A DNA stretch of 63,199 bases, the filler included, from Sphacelaria rigidula (Eukaryota), in NCBI GenBank assembly GCA_964200075.2. It is 6 parts of 6 records of this genome, joined end to end, with 100 filler letters (N's around TTAATTAATTAA, not from the genome) between each part and the next. Parts side by side here need not be neighbours in the genome. Positions count along the whole stretch, not along the records: positions 1 to 10,451 come from CAXNAA020006467.1; positions 10,552 to 21,002 come from CAXNAA020006468.1; 4 more parts are not named here. One strand, written 5' to 3'. A model generated the notes under the pieces. The model saw only the letters and a program-made list of their open reading frames with translations, did not search any database and had not been told where the DNA came from. Position 1 is the stretch's first letter. The number at the start of each line of letters is the position of its first letter. Positions 1 to 12,133 of this stretch are shown here, piece after piece. The translations under genes and the position numbers were made by a program.

Positions 1-290
1 TAGTCCGGGCAGATTTGGCGAGGCGTGAGCTCATGTTGCTACTTTGGCTACAGGCTGTCGCTACCGTGCGCTCGTGTATCGTACAAACATGTGTGTGAGC
101 GTTGCCGTCATCCGAGTCATCGGGACAGGGCGGACAAGGAGCAGAAGCAAATCTCGCAATCCCCGCCAGAATTTTCGGTTTTTGTCAGTGTTTGTTGATC
201 AACTTCTTCCAACAATTCGTACAAAAAAATCACATTAATCACAAAAAGGAATCACAAAAAAAAGTCGAAAATTGTTATGACAATTATTTT
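1..290 (+). repeat. Dispersed non-coding repeat family A (partial copy, MITE-like)
   Basis: Aligns by eye with 43630-43870 (+) and 58510-58765 (-), e.g. shared ATGTTGCTACTTTGGCTACAGGCT..CGCTACCGTGCGCTCGTGT and CAAGGAGCAGAAGCAAAT. Confidence 0.85.
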
Positions 291-304
291 CTCTCGACGC
301 ACCC

Positions 305-620
305 TTGGAGACCCTTAAGGATTTCTACTGTCAAGGTGGTGAAACTGAAGCTACGCTTGCCCAAGGGCACATGTCCTTGTCGGGCGTAGGGCGTTTCGTG
401 CGCCTCGGAAATTGCGGCTGCAGAGCCGTCGATGGTGGCGCTCCCGCGCCGGAGGTGTCCCGCCCATGGGGGGTCGCGGCGTGTGTCACATCGATCAGGA
501 GACCATGTTCCCGGTGGTCTTGGTTAGTCGGTCGGGGGCATCCCTATGTTGCCCCGCGGGGGCGACGGTGTCTATCTGGTAGTCCCCTTCTGTCCCGGCC
601 GCTTGAAAAGCACCGCGAGT
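305..620 (-). mobile_element. Decayed 3' fragment of a CRE/SLACS-like non-LTR retrotransposon (restriction-like endonuclease region)
   Basis: Minus strand reads LLIDVTHA-(frameshift)-DPPWAGHLRRGSATIDGSAAAISEAH..YARQGHVPLGKRSFSFTTLTVE, an RLE-type D..E/K..Y region; homologous to 7800-7995 (+). Confidence 0.7.
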
Positions 621-889
621 GCGTGAAAAAACCAGCGGCTGGTGGAGTTGGTTTACCTGGGTTAATTCGTTGTAATTTTTCGTTGAAGGGACGTTTTCGC
701 GGGATGTCTTTCTTTCGACTGCTGTTTGTTCTAGTTGCTACTGTACCCCATGTCCGCGCAGGTTCTGTCAACTACAACAAGAATGGCGGTAGAGTGGAAG
801 GGTGACGAGAAATAGGAAGGAGAGGGGGTAAACCACCTTCCTAGAAAGTTGAGATCAACTTTACATGATGCCGTTCATCTAGTTGCATA

Positions 890-1150
890 ACTTGATTGGT
901 TGATGGGTTTATTGTTGCACATTCATTGATTCCCGGCTGATCCAGCCGTGGTCACGAGATAGACGTACCCGAGGCGCGCAAACGGAAACAATCGCTATTA
1001 TAGAGGGAATTGGAGGGAGGCTGAAGACAAAAAAAGTGAAGATACGACTAATAGTAGGAAAAGCTGCAGTGATACGGAGGAGGGGGCTTGTGAGCAACAA
1101 TTGGCTATGAATGAAGTGCGCTAACAGCACACGTGCGAAAGAACAGAGCA
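890..1150 (-). repeat. Non-LTR retroelement 3' UTR/tail remnant
   Basis: On the minus strand: pyrimidine-rich stretch, then GTGACCACGG (946-955), AATGTG and an ATCA-type tail, the same layout as other LINE ends in the window. Confidence 0.45.
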
Positions 1151-2780
1151 AGTTCGGCGCGAGTTCCAGATGGTTGCCGTCAGAAGAAGCAAGTCAGGTT
1201 TTGCACGAATAGATGTTTCCCATCAATGGTTTGGGTGGGTATCAATTCCCAACTCTCGTACAACGTGATAAGGTTCATTTTGAGAGAGCTGTTCTGAGCA
1301 AACTGGAAGATATCTGACAAATGTCCGAGCTCCTATCTGACCTGATTCTGGCATCTTCGGCGTCTGGGAGTAAAACAGGGGTGCCCTGTATTAGCGACAA
1401 ACTGTTCACACAATGGTTCGGTGAAAGTTGTTCATGTTGGATCTTGCATATGCACATGCAGGTAAGAACTCATCTCCACGAATCTCAATGTGCGCACGTA
1501 CACCGCCCTGACAAGCGCTGTTGCCATGTCTCGTTCTTCTATACCTGTTTTTATCTTATGTTTGGTCGATTTTCTAGGCGTACGTGTGTATGTACACACA
1601 TGCACACATATGTCGCACTGATATATTGATACGCATATGTGTGCTCTAATTCATGTCCACAAATCTAAAATAGCTTTACTGAACGTTGTGTGCGTACGTG
1701 GATCAAGCAAATGGTGCTTCATACGGACAAGCCGCCCCCTGGCGGGTCGCCACCTAGCTCGGAGGCGAGGGGGACCGCCGCAGCGATGATACCACCGGTG
1801 GCGGCTCAGAGAGAGAGAGGATGACTTGAAGCGGCGTGATCGCTACCGGTGAGACGACACATGTTCACTTCTAGGCAATGGCTGCGGGGTCTGAAGGTAC
1901 CAGGAGCTGTCGGGGTGTTTTCTGGGACGGTTGCTACCAGCACGGTACCGAAGCTGCCACCGGCGTTACTCGCAGACTTGCAAACTTCGGCCGCGTTGTC
2001 GAGAGTGCCGCTAGCAAACAAGTCGGCAACGGGCGCGACAGCATAGTGACGTCAAAGGTTGCACCGGGAGCGTCGGCGGAGGAGCACACAAACATGCCGA
2101 GGTCAACGATAGAGATATTGGGAGCAGCACTGACCCTGCACGCGATAATGGAGGAGAGAACGCAGGCGTCGGACAGGAGAGGAGAGGCTGCGGAGTCGGC
2201 GCAAGGTACGGAAGGGTCCTAGCTATCGACTGGACCTACGGTGATGGTGCCGAGGGCGACAACACCCGCACTGCCGACTTCCGCGGCGCCGGCGATGGGG
2301 AAGACGGCAGTCGGGGGTGCGACATCATGAGGGAAGGTGACCGTGCTATCGCGGTTTGAGGCGGTGGTGTTGTCGGAGGAACGACCGGGGGATGCATCCT
2401 GGCCGGTAAGGGTTCACAAGACGGTGGAGCCGGAAGCAGTCATGGGGGCAGCGGGTGTGAAGTGGGTGATTTCCGAGGGTGGGCCAGCCACCCTGCAGAA
2501 GGCTACGCGGGAGGAGACCATGTCGACCCCGGGTAGGGTGTCAGGTGTACTAGCGGGCGGAGACGACTGGAACCTGGCACCCCGCAGGGCGAATGGGCAG
2601 TCGCTCCTACGGTATCCCAACATCGACGCCCCACCAGCAGCGCCGGCAGCGCCAGCCGGGGGTGGGGGTCGGAAGCCTCGGCTACCGAGGATGTGAGAGT
2701 GACACACGACAAAGGGCTCCCGACGCTGGTCCTACTTGGGGCTCTATGCGCCCTTTGCCCAACGGAAGTTGGGCGAGGAG

Positions 2781-3607
2781 TTAGGAACGTGGAGTTGCCA
2801 TGCGTGCATGCTTTACACAGTGACGCACACTCAACACTTTTCGTTCTTCAGCGCCAAGTCCGCAACGTTGCCCTAGCGTAAAGGCGGACCGAGGCATGAC
2901 CGACGGCGGACACTGGATTATATCGTACAGCAAGACCCGAGCCGCCACAAGAGGGTCGACACCCTTGGGAATATACGCGCGGATAACAGTCAAGAGTTTG
3001 GATAGGACCACTTCGTCGTACGGGACTAAGATAGCCTCGTCATAGCGAAACCTTGTGATGAGAGTTTGGAGATCGTGGTTGACATGATCAAATGTGTTTG
3101 GTGTTGGGTTGAGAGAGATGGTTATTCGGTCTCCACGCAGTAGAGAAGGAACATTCCGAGGAAAATTGGGCAAGCAGTTTTGTAAGATGGCCGCGTGCGC
3201 AATGTGGGTGTGGTTCAAATTTCAAGACAGAATGCAGCGCAAGTGATGTGTGATGACGTCAGAAAGATACGTTTGTACAGCACGGTCACGCAAGTAGTTA
3301 CAGACACCTTTACAAATAATTGCAGGGCATGCCTGTCGACGACTGTAGGCGCATCGACAGGTAGCATTAGGAACTCACTCTTGTGCTCGCCCCCTTCCAC
3401 CCAAGAGCGTGGGGGTGTGGCTTGAATTGAACATGCTGACAAGGAGACTGAGACGGTGTCGGGAAAGTTTTCTTCCACCAGCCTTATTCGCGTTGTTAAC
3501 AAACTTGCTGCTGTGAAATCTTCGCTACTATACAATCCACCCTCGTGGGTAGCCACCACAAACGTAACCATACCATTCGAATGCGTCGCATCGGGACATG
3601 CCGTCAC
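2781..3607 (-). pseudogene. Two overlapping ORFs (130 + 145 aa) of unknown function, possibly one frameshifted retroelement ORF1-like gene
   Basis: ORFs 3215..3607 and 2781..3218 overlap by 4 nt and have globular-looking composition; followed by a Pro/Ala/Thr-rich degenerate stretch to ~1800. No motif recognised. Confidence 0.25.
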
Positions 3608-3709
3608 TAGCTATTTCGGTCCGTCACTACCATAGAGTAGCGCGACGCAGGTGATTCCCTTTGGTGAGGAGAAGGTATAATTGTAGGAGGGGGGGGGCGC
3701 GGGAGGGGG

Positions 3710-3780
3710 GGGGGGGGTACTTGTCGGTTGCCTTAGTCGTTTGGTCATTGACCACGGGTCCCTTTCGAGACGGAGCACCG
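3710..3780 (+). repeat. ~70-bp direct repeat, copy 1 (copy 2 at ~4868-4942)
   Basis: GGGGTACTTGTCGGTTGCCTTAGTCGTTTGGTCATTGACCACGGGTCCCTTTCGAGACGGAGCAC vs GGGGCGTACTCATCTGTTGCTTTCCTTAGTCGTTTTGCCATTGACCACGCATCCCTTTCGGGACGGAGCAC. Confidence 0.8.
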
Positions 3781-3789
3781 TTCCTTCTC

Positions 3790-4850
3790 CTAATAGAGAC
3801 ACCTCCAACATTTAGGTGTTCATTTCGTTCCTCCCATACATTATACAAAAACCGTTTACATACCTTATCCCCGTCGGGTTTCGCCGTCTGTGGCCACCAT
3901 CTATCTGATAGTATAGCCATCGTTTTCTCTCTACTGTCTAATGATCAAACGATTTCATGCCACCTTCGACAACTATCCGCATTTTACCCCTCTTGCACGT
4001 TCCGTTCCTCCTTATATAGTTCACATTCTGTAACTAGATGAGTTCTACTCTCTATTGCTTTTGCCTCAGGGGCAATTCTGTGCATTTACTGCCCCCTCTT
4101 GTCGACTACTAGTATATCTCTTTCTTTTTCCTGGCAGGTCCAGGTCCCCCACCCGAAATCACAGTTTCGCCTCGTCCATTGGGCCATACAGATATGTTTT
4201 CATCGCTATCCCCTTTCTCAACCGCCCGTATATCTTCAGGTGTTCTTCCTCGTGCGTTTTGCATCTGAGCGTTTCTGTTTCCCTTATTTCTGTCATGTCT
4301 CTTACTTTTGTCTTGTACCTCCCGCCTTCATCTATGAACAGTATTCCGTCTCGGTTTCCTCCTATCTTCTTCCATGCTTTCTCGACTTCTCTATCCCACC
4401 TTATTCCGCCCTGCCCTTTCGCCATTTTCTTCCATACAGCCATATCAACCATAGCTGGCAATCTCTTTATCTGCATGTTCTTTACGCTATATTGACATAT
4501 CAATTCTTTCGTATCTGTTTGTTTCAAGTGGGTACGTTCCCAACTCTGCTCTTAATCCTGTATTTCTCGTCGTTTTTGAGCATCCACGTACTTTTTTAGC
4601 TGCTGCCATCGGTACTGTTTCCAACTTTTACACCAGCTTTGCGTTCCCCTCCCCTACTTCTCCTGCACATTCCAGCTTCGGTACAAAACGTTCATCACGA
4701 TACATATCCTGATCCTAGTATCTAGGTGCGAGTCTCTGAGGATCACGCCCATCTTGCCTATCCTTGTCTTACCCTTTCCAATCACTTTATTTATGTCTGC
4801 ATCCGAAGAACAGCTTTTTGAGATCTCTACGCGAAGGTATGCACACTGTT
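3790..4850 (-). mobile_element. Decayed LINE reverse transcriptase C-terminal/3' fragment
   Basis: Minus ORFs give SCSSDADINKVIGKGKTRIGKMGVILRDSHLDTRIRICIVMNVL and KRLPAMVDMAVWKK..IRWDREVEKAWK..EHLKIYGRL..MKTYLYGPMDEAKL, typical of the post-RT thumb/C-terminal region of non-LTR elements; several frameshifts. Confidence 0.75.
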
Positions 4851-5849
4851 TTACTGGTCTACGGGGGTGGGGGGCGTACTCATCTGTTGCTTTCCTTAGT
4901 CGTTTTGCCATTGACCACGCATCCCTTTCGGGACGGAGCACGGGGGTGTACCTATGATCATGCATACCGTAGTCATCAGACCATTGGCCTCGCATCCCTA
5001 CAAAGCCGGGACGGAGCACGTCGGCTTTTCGTCGGACCAGGCTCGCAATCAATCACCAAGCGCGGAGCGCCGTGGTCTGTTCGGTGATTCGCATGACCGG
5101 TGATCTGCATCCTGCTAAGATTGTTCGGCCCGAAGCCTACTCATTATGTTGCATTAGGATGACAGCCGACAATGAGTTCCTTCATTTTCTGGTATCAACA
5201 CTTCCAGACACAGCAACGGCTCATGCACTGCCTCATGGGTGTCTCACCATTTAAACGCTACGTTACACAATCATCCCCTTTGCGCGGAGTTGAGGTTCTC
5301 CCACGCCGCACAACATGATTTAGCTCGACTACCATCATGGTTACCGCAGGGAAAAACGTAATCGCACAAAACAAAATCGGTAACTTGGTTGCCTGGCTCA
5401 CGCAGTGAGTGGCGTGTTTTACAGCGTCGTCGCCAACCGACGCCAATCGCATATGGGGGGGGGGAGGGAAATAAGACGTGATAGGATCCCAGCGATGTTT
5501 TTTCTCAACGGTTGTCGGGGACGTGTCCCCCGAGCCCAACATGTTTCTTACGAATTTTCTGTTGTAAACAATGTTTGATTTGAGGGCGGATCGCTCAACA
5601 TTGATTGCCGGTTTTAAACAACGATTCATGATGACTATGGCGGTAAAACGTGGCCTGTAGCACTCAGTGGCACAGTTCTTCTTGCACTGCGCAGACGGCC
5701 TCGTCTACGAGACCAGCAGGCACCGGTCGCCTGAAGCGGACACACCAGTTGAGCTGTTACGCGCGTTCACGTTAAACCACGTGGTGCCGGTAATATATTG
5801 TCGACAGACTAAACATCTTCCGGAAATACCGTGTTAGCGCCATGAATTA

Positions 5850-8200
5850 GAGATCTCAGCGTTGTGCTTTCTTCACTCATGGCGTGCACATGTCACCCTG
5901 CGGAACGCGCTTGGTCGACAGCGGACGACGAGTCACCGGTCCGCTACAACAAGTTGGTTGTCACCTGCCGCAACAACGGCGGCAACTCAAGTACGAGCAT
6001 TTCTTGTGGAATATCTCGCGTCCGCAAATGAGAACACATACCGCGAAGAACGCGAGAAGTTCGGGGAGGAGGATGAGGCAGAAGCAGCAGCAGCGACGAT
6101 AGCAGAGGAGGCAAGCATGGGGTTACTCTAGGAACGGGGATGCCTCTGTCCACGACCCCGCCACCTTTATCGCAGTTATCAAGCGGTGGACTGCGCTCTC
6201 TGCGGCCAGCAACGATGGGCTGCTCTTCTCACACCTTCATTGGGCAACCTCACCGCGCAAGGTGAGAAGTACCGCGCGCCCTTTGTTGGATCCACAATGC
6301 TACGAGCTGTGGCGATAGGGGCGGTCAGGCAGTACAGATCAACACAGCCGGAAGATCTTGTGTGACCTTCGTGTCCTGTTCGAAGCGCTAGGGGTAGAAT
6401 TACTGACGTATTTCGACGACCTACTCTTGGCCGATCACGATCTGACGGACGACACCTTAAAGCCCATTTCGTCATCTTTGAAGTGCCGGCTTGCGTAGGA
6501 ATAAAAAATCAGAAACGCCCAAACGCAGGTAGTACCGCCGCGGAACCATGTCTGTACAGAATAGGACATACCACCGACGGTGGCGGTGGGCCTGAGTGTG
6601 GCGGATGAGGAAAGGACCGCGGCGGGTGCACATCGATAGTGTCGAACGACCTTAACACAGTGAGAGTCCTTTATGAGGACAGGCCAGGCGACCTGACCCA
6701 CCCACTGGCACGAATGCCCGACAGAGAGGCGAGTATGCTGACCGCTACGAAGTCAAGGACCTCCGAGAACTGCTTCTCGAAGCGTGTGACGGACACCTAT
6801 CTATCGGAGCTGACCCGCACGCGGGCCGACGATAGAAGTCAATGGATGTTAGAGAACATCATGAAACTCCTGCGAACCGGGGAACACCAAACCTTCGCTG
6901 ACGCCGGCAACTCCTCGGAACGCGTTCAACTCCTCCCCCACCAACGGCTTACGGTCGTCACACCTGCCTGTTCCGGCGGTTCCGGAGGACCCCACCTCGT
7001 CTGAGCCTTGAGCCGGCACAGGCTCGTGGCTATGACGAGTTTTTGTGTTACGCTAGCGCTGATCATTGGCCAACCCTCCCCCATAGCCGAATGGTGGGTT
7101 CTTCGAGGAGTAGCCTCCGGGCATCGGCCAAGTACGGCGAGGTCAGCGCTGAACAACAAGCTGGTGTACCGCTTCTAGGGCTGATCACATGGGCAGACGG
7201 GAGACGGAAAGCGGACGAAACCCTACCAGCACCAAACGTACACGACGCGGGGCCGGGTACTGAATACCGCCGCCTGTAGGTAATACGGGAAGCCTTGTGT
7301 GCAAGGCCAACTTTGTGGCCATGCTACTACAGTGTGGCGTCCCACCTCGGACTTTGTCGACTACCCGCCCTGGACGATCCGTTCGGTGGGATCAAAACGG
7401 CCGTTGGGGCAACCGTTCGATACCGTCGCATGTCGGCGGACGGGGCGCTGGCGGCCCATAGAGAGCAACCACACGACGCCGTCAGAACAATCCCGCTATC
7501 GGAATTCATGATCATCGAGCGAGGGCTCGCCGGTATGGGGCCTCACCTGGCCACAACATGTCCATCATGTGGCGCAACGGACGCCACCACTCACCACGCG
7601 TGCATCTATCTATGGCGGAGAGGGGTCCTCGGTGAACCAACACCACTACCCGCTGGCTTTTCCAAGAGACTGGAAGTGAAAACGATGACTGCTATACAAA
7701 CGGGGACGCCTTCAAGGAAGATAGAAACTACCAGATGTACATCGTCATCCCAGTGAGGCACTTTGGGGACCCTCCATCCGCCACGACCGAGAAAATGGCA
7801 TCCTGATCGATGAGACGCGAGTCGATCCCCAGTCGGCGGGATATATTCGGCGCGGAAGCGCTACCATCGACGGCTCTGCACCTGCAACTTCCCAAGCCCG
7901 CTAAAGCGTGCATTACGTCCATCAAGGTCATGTGTCTTTCGATCGGCATAACATCAAATAGGCCACCCTGACGGTGAAAAACCTTACGTGTCTCGGACAT
8001 GACGAGGGGAGAGGCTACTCGACGAGGTAGCTACCAGCGTGGTAAGGCCCAAGAGACAGAGGGGCTACCCCAGCTAGGTGTTCTTGTCCAACGTATCAAG
8101 CAAGCGATGTTGGTCACCACGCAGGTCTCCACCCCAAGACAGATGCAATGCTGCCATTTGATGTCGAAGGAGGCAAAATGCTGCTGGGAATAGCCCTACG
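5850..8200 (+). mobile_element. Heavily decayed, internally deleted CRE/SLACS-like non-LTR retrotransposon (RT start, CCHC zinc finger, RLE endonuclease)
   Basis: ~6240-6350 reads GNLTAQGEKYRAPFVGSTMLRAVAIGAVRQYR (RT domain 1-2-like); ORF 7295..7756 has TTCPSCGATDATTHHAC; ~7800-7995 reads ILIDETRVDPQSAGYIRRGSATIDGSAPATSQAR*SVHYVHQGHVSFD with stops. Confidence 0.7.
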
Positions 8201-8509
8201 TAACCCTTGGGTGTAGGGTTGGAGCCTATCCGCGACATGAAGTTTGCGATTAGTTTGTCCGATGTGATCATTCACGCATGTCAATTCTGAGTCTACGTCA
8301 GAAGGCGAATGATGTATGGACAAAACAAGACGTGAATCAGCGGCCAATACAATGATACGTGAAAGTTGGCTTGCACTGCGGTGCGAATGAGACGTTGAGT
8401 TTTCGCGATATTTTGTGTACTAATTTACTGCACGTATAAGTTGTGCTTGATTCCTATGGAATCCCGAGCTCAAACTCAATAGCAATGGTGTCTAGGAGAC
8501 TCGGAGAAA

Positions 8510-9042
8510 CAGGGGATCCTGAAAAATGGAAACAAATTCTGTTCATGGGAACGAAAAAAAAGAAATGGTGTTCAGAACTGTGCGGAAAGGTGCATGCCTT
8601 ACGCTGACGTAAAAGAAGGAAATATCCCCAACATTCAACAGTCCGAGAGGTTCGAAACAAGCGTTGTGACTCTCGCTACATGCTGACAAGTTCTTCCGGA
8701 AACCGTTATCAAACGTTCATCAAATTGTACATGAAATATATCCAGAGGGTTCAGAGTAATTGTTGAGTGTTGTGGTATTTCAGCAACAACAGTATATTGT
8801 GACCTTTTGGCCCAGAGGGAGGAAAGTTCAGGGCCCAAGCATGACACGCTCCAGGTCGGAGACAAACGGTCCGCATTTCATTTTCAACATGGTACCACTA
8901 CCTCTGGGCGCCGTTCTTCAACCTTATTGGGACCTCTTCAGTCTCCTCGGTGCATTAGAGGGGTATCAATTCGCATGAATTCCGTGCACTATTTTTTTCC
9001 GTTTCCATGAAAACAAATCGTTCTCATTATCAGGATTCCCTG
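8510..9042. mobile_element. hAT-like MITE with long imperfect terminal inverted repeats
   Basis: Left end CAGGGGATCCTGAAAAATGGAAACAAATTCTGTTCATGGGAACGAAAAAAAAG matches the reverse complement of the right end (CAGGGAATCCTGATAATGAGAACGATTTGTTTTCATGGAAACGGAAAAAAATAG). CAGGG termini; no clean TSD. Confidence 0.6.
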
Positions 9043-9309
9043 TTGGGAGCACGATGGTAGTATTATATCCATGTCATGGCGCGATCGCGTGCGCAATCAC
9101 GAGTGCCGCCGTCAACGGCAGAACGTGAAACACGAACCACATAAACCACCACCCTTCACCGATAAGTATACCACATTGTGGATGCTGTGAGAGAAGAAAT
9201 GACCAATCAGAGCCGCGCGTGGCGAAGGTCATGCAGTCTCGTGACATACACACATACGTACATTATATAATTAGCTGTTAATAGTAATATTACTACACCT
9301 TGGTTCGCA

Positions 9310-9800
9310 GTGGCCCTTGTGTCGGGCAGGACGAAAGTCGTCCACCAAAGAGCACCACATTCGGGGCGGTTGGCTGTACAAGGCCTATGGGAGGCTGGCC
9401 AACCTCTCGAATGCTGAGAGGGGTGCCCCCAGGAGAAACTGTGTGCACAAGGGACTGTCCCACGCAAGGGACAACCAAGGATCTGGATCGTCTACGCTGT
9501 GTATGGAGATCAAAGAGTCGCATGATTGGGTCACTGCCGCCACGAACGTTGATGGTGGTACCCCGGGGTGGCGAAGGGGGCAGAGGAGTTCGAGGAGGTG
9601 TGACGACGCGAAGACCTCCGCCAATCCGGGCTGCACCACAAGCGATTAAAGGCTATCGCGTTGAAAGCCACCAATACGAGAACCACAACATAACAAAAGC
9701 AACAGCGCGCGAGATCCGAGATGGAAATAGTCGACGACAGTAACCCGCTGTATACCCGGCTAGGGATGCGTGGGGGAGATGGGAGTGACACGGAAACGGC
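9310..9800 (+). mobile_element. 3' fragment of an RTE-type LINE ORF
   Basis: Reads VGQDESRPPKSTTFGAV and DWVTAATNVDG-(fs)-YPGVAKGAEEF, parallel to the end of the RTE at 56960-57300 (RQPDGPLPKRLAFG..WLSAAK..HAGVLQGAERF). Confidence 0.6.
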
Positions 9801-10451
9801 AATAACCTTGTTATATCTTATCGGTTGTCACCTTCTTCCCTTGGCTTGCAGCCTTTACGAGGTCTACTGCAGCTATGTTCTTGTACATGTTCTGCTTTAT
9901 CCTTAAGTTTTACCACTTCTTTATTCTCTTACCACCCGCTCTCTTCCTGCTCTTTCTCCTCTTTCCGTCGCTAGTCCTTTTTATTTGATTTATTTTGGGT
10001 CGGTTTTAATGCTATGCGAGTGAAAGTTCATGTCCAAATACTATGGTTCCCTAATCTGGCACCTGACCCGCAATTGGTTTCCAAATACTTTGTTCTGTTT
10101 TATTTTGATTGTGCTCCGTATGACCTCCCTTCGTGAAGCCATGCGACAGGAGATCGTTTCTGAATTACCTCGGCGTTTTTATCATTTTCTAATCTACTTT
10201 ATTCCCTTCCCTTTCCTTCCCTTCTCCTTCCTCTCTCTTCGTTGCTCTTGTTTTTGTTTCTTTTTTGTTCCTAGCTGCTGGCTTACTATACATTGCGTTT
10301 TTTTGTAGGACAATGACCTAGAAAAAGTATACCGTCTCGTTTTGTGCCCAAGAAAGGTACGAAACATGGCCAGAAACGCGAAAACAGCAAAACACGCACA
10401 TCACTATCGTTTTCCATCCGAAAGTTTCACGCACATCACTCGGGGGGGGGG

Positions 10452-10551
10452 NNNNNNNNNNNNNNNNNNNNNNNNNNNNNNNNNNNNNNNNNNNNTTAAT
10501 TAATTAANNNNNNNNNNNNNNNNNNNNNNNNNNNNNNNNNNNNNNNNNNNN
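10452..10551. other. Artificial contig linker N44-TTAATTAATTAA-N44
   Basis: Identical 100-bp spacer recurs five times; the 12-mer has stops in all six frames. Confidence 0.97.
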
Positions 10552-11149
10552 GAGGCGGTGGGACAGGCGAAGAAAGAAGCAGGTATGCCGACGTCAACGT
10601 GTTGACCCGGGAGCGGATCTGACGCATGTGTATCGCGAGTCAGAGGCGCAGGTGCTGGAAGATTCCCAGAAGGCGGCGTGGGTGTAGCGCGAACTGGTGA
10701 ACGCGATGGGCGCGTTGGGCGCACAAGGGGCGCGGGCGGTGTTGGTACAACACTAAGCACACGGCCAGTTGTTGGAGGCATGGTGCGGGCCGTTGGGGCA
10801 CAAGGTGGCGGCGCCGACGTATTGCTACGCGCGGCCGGCGATGGTGGTGGCATTACAGCCCACGAAGAATTGGCACGAGCTGCCGACCGAGAGCGCGTGT
10901 TGTCGGAGATGAGGTGAACAGTTGGTGGTGGCGGCGCCGAGATGTTCGCGCGAGGGCCGAGAGTGCGAAAGTCGTAAAAATCAGCAGCTGTGTGCGCTAA
11001 GCCATGCAAGACTGTATCAGGGGGAAGAGGGCGGGGGCCACCCATGTGCAGACCTGTTTCGGGGCATTGCAGGTCGAGCGCGTAGATGGGCGTAGAAAAA
11101 CGCCGGGAAGGGTAGACGGCTGGTTCGTCAGGTTTAGTCAAGCGGCAAG

Positions 11150-12133
11150 CGGGACTGAAATCTACCGCTGTAGGAGGTAGGGGTAATCGCGAAAGAAGGT
11201 CAGCATTGCCGTTGGTCTTGCCCGAACGGTGTCTAACAGTGTACTGGTAGGCAGTCAAGAACTCCAGCCACCGTTGTACGCGGGGGTTATGTTCTCCAAC
11301 CTTGGCGAGTTGTTCAAGAGCTCCGTGATCTGTGTAGATGTGGAAAAGCACGTGGAACAAGTACTGTCGAAGCCTTTTAATAGCCCCAGTTATGACTTCG
11401 CGTTCGAGTTCGAGTGGACTCCAGTTTGCCTCGTTTGGGAGGGTTGCGCGGCTGATGTACAAAAAAGGTCGAACAGAGCCATCCAGTTGAGGCTAATTCA
11501 AAACGGCGCCGAACCCATTTGTGCTAGCATCGGTGTGTAGTTGGAAAAGACGCGAGCCGTCTTACACCGCATCCTAATCCGGAAAACAAAGAACCGGTTT
11601 TTCGGTCAGTGTTTTGAGCAGTTCGCGAACGGTGGCTTCCATGTCTTTAGTGAAGACAAACGAGACGTTTTTCTTCAATAAATCTGTGATGGGCCGGATC
11701 CACTTGGACAAATTGGGCAAAAATTTGCGATAATATGAAAGTTCACCCAACAGCGAGCGAAGCTACGAAATATTGGTGGGCATGGGCAGATCACTCATAG
11801 CTTTGGCCTTGTTCTTGTCTGGGTGCAATCCAGCAGGAGAGATAGAGTGACCCAAGAAATCCAATTCAGTGGCTCCGAGTCGAGCTTTGGATGGAGGCAC
11901 TTTCAAGTCGTGTGTACGCAAGCAGGAGAGAAATTCCCGTAGAGTGCGAACATGCACCTTGGGGGAGGCATCAAAAGCGATAGCATCGTCTAGATACATG
12001 ATAACATGCTCGAGACCGTCAGTAACGCGTTGCATGAGGTGTTGAAAGCAGCCAGGTGCGGTGGCAGCGCCTTGTGGCATACGAAGCCATTCAAAAAGCC
12101 CTGAAGATGTACAGCATGCTGTCAAGGGAACTG
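11150..12133 (-). pseudogene. pol: Gypsy pol: RT C-terminal half and RNase H
   Basis: VPLTACCTSSGLFEWLRMPQGAATAPGCFQ..VIMYLDD..LDFLGH; YISRATLPNEANWSPLELE..IYTDHGALEQL..RVQRWLEFL..NGNADLLSRLP. Confidence 0.92.

Noticed and set aside
10496-10507. Regularly spaced TTAATTAATTAA palindromes every ~10.55 kb
   Set aside because: Embedded in N-runs; an assembly linker, not biological periodicity.
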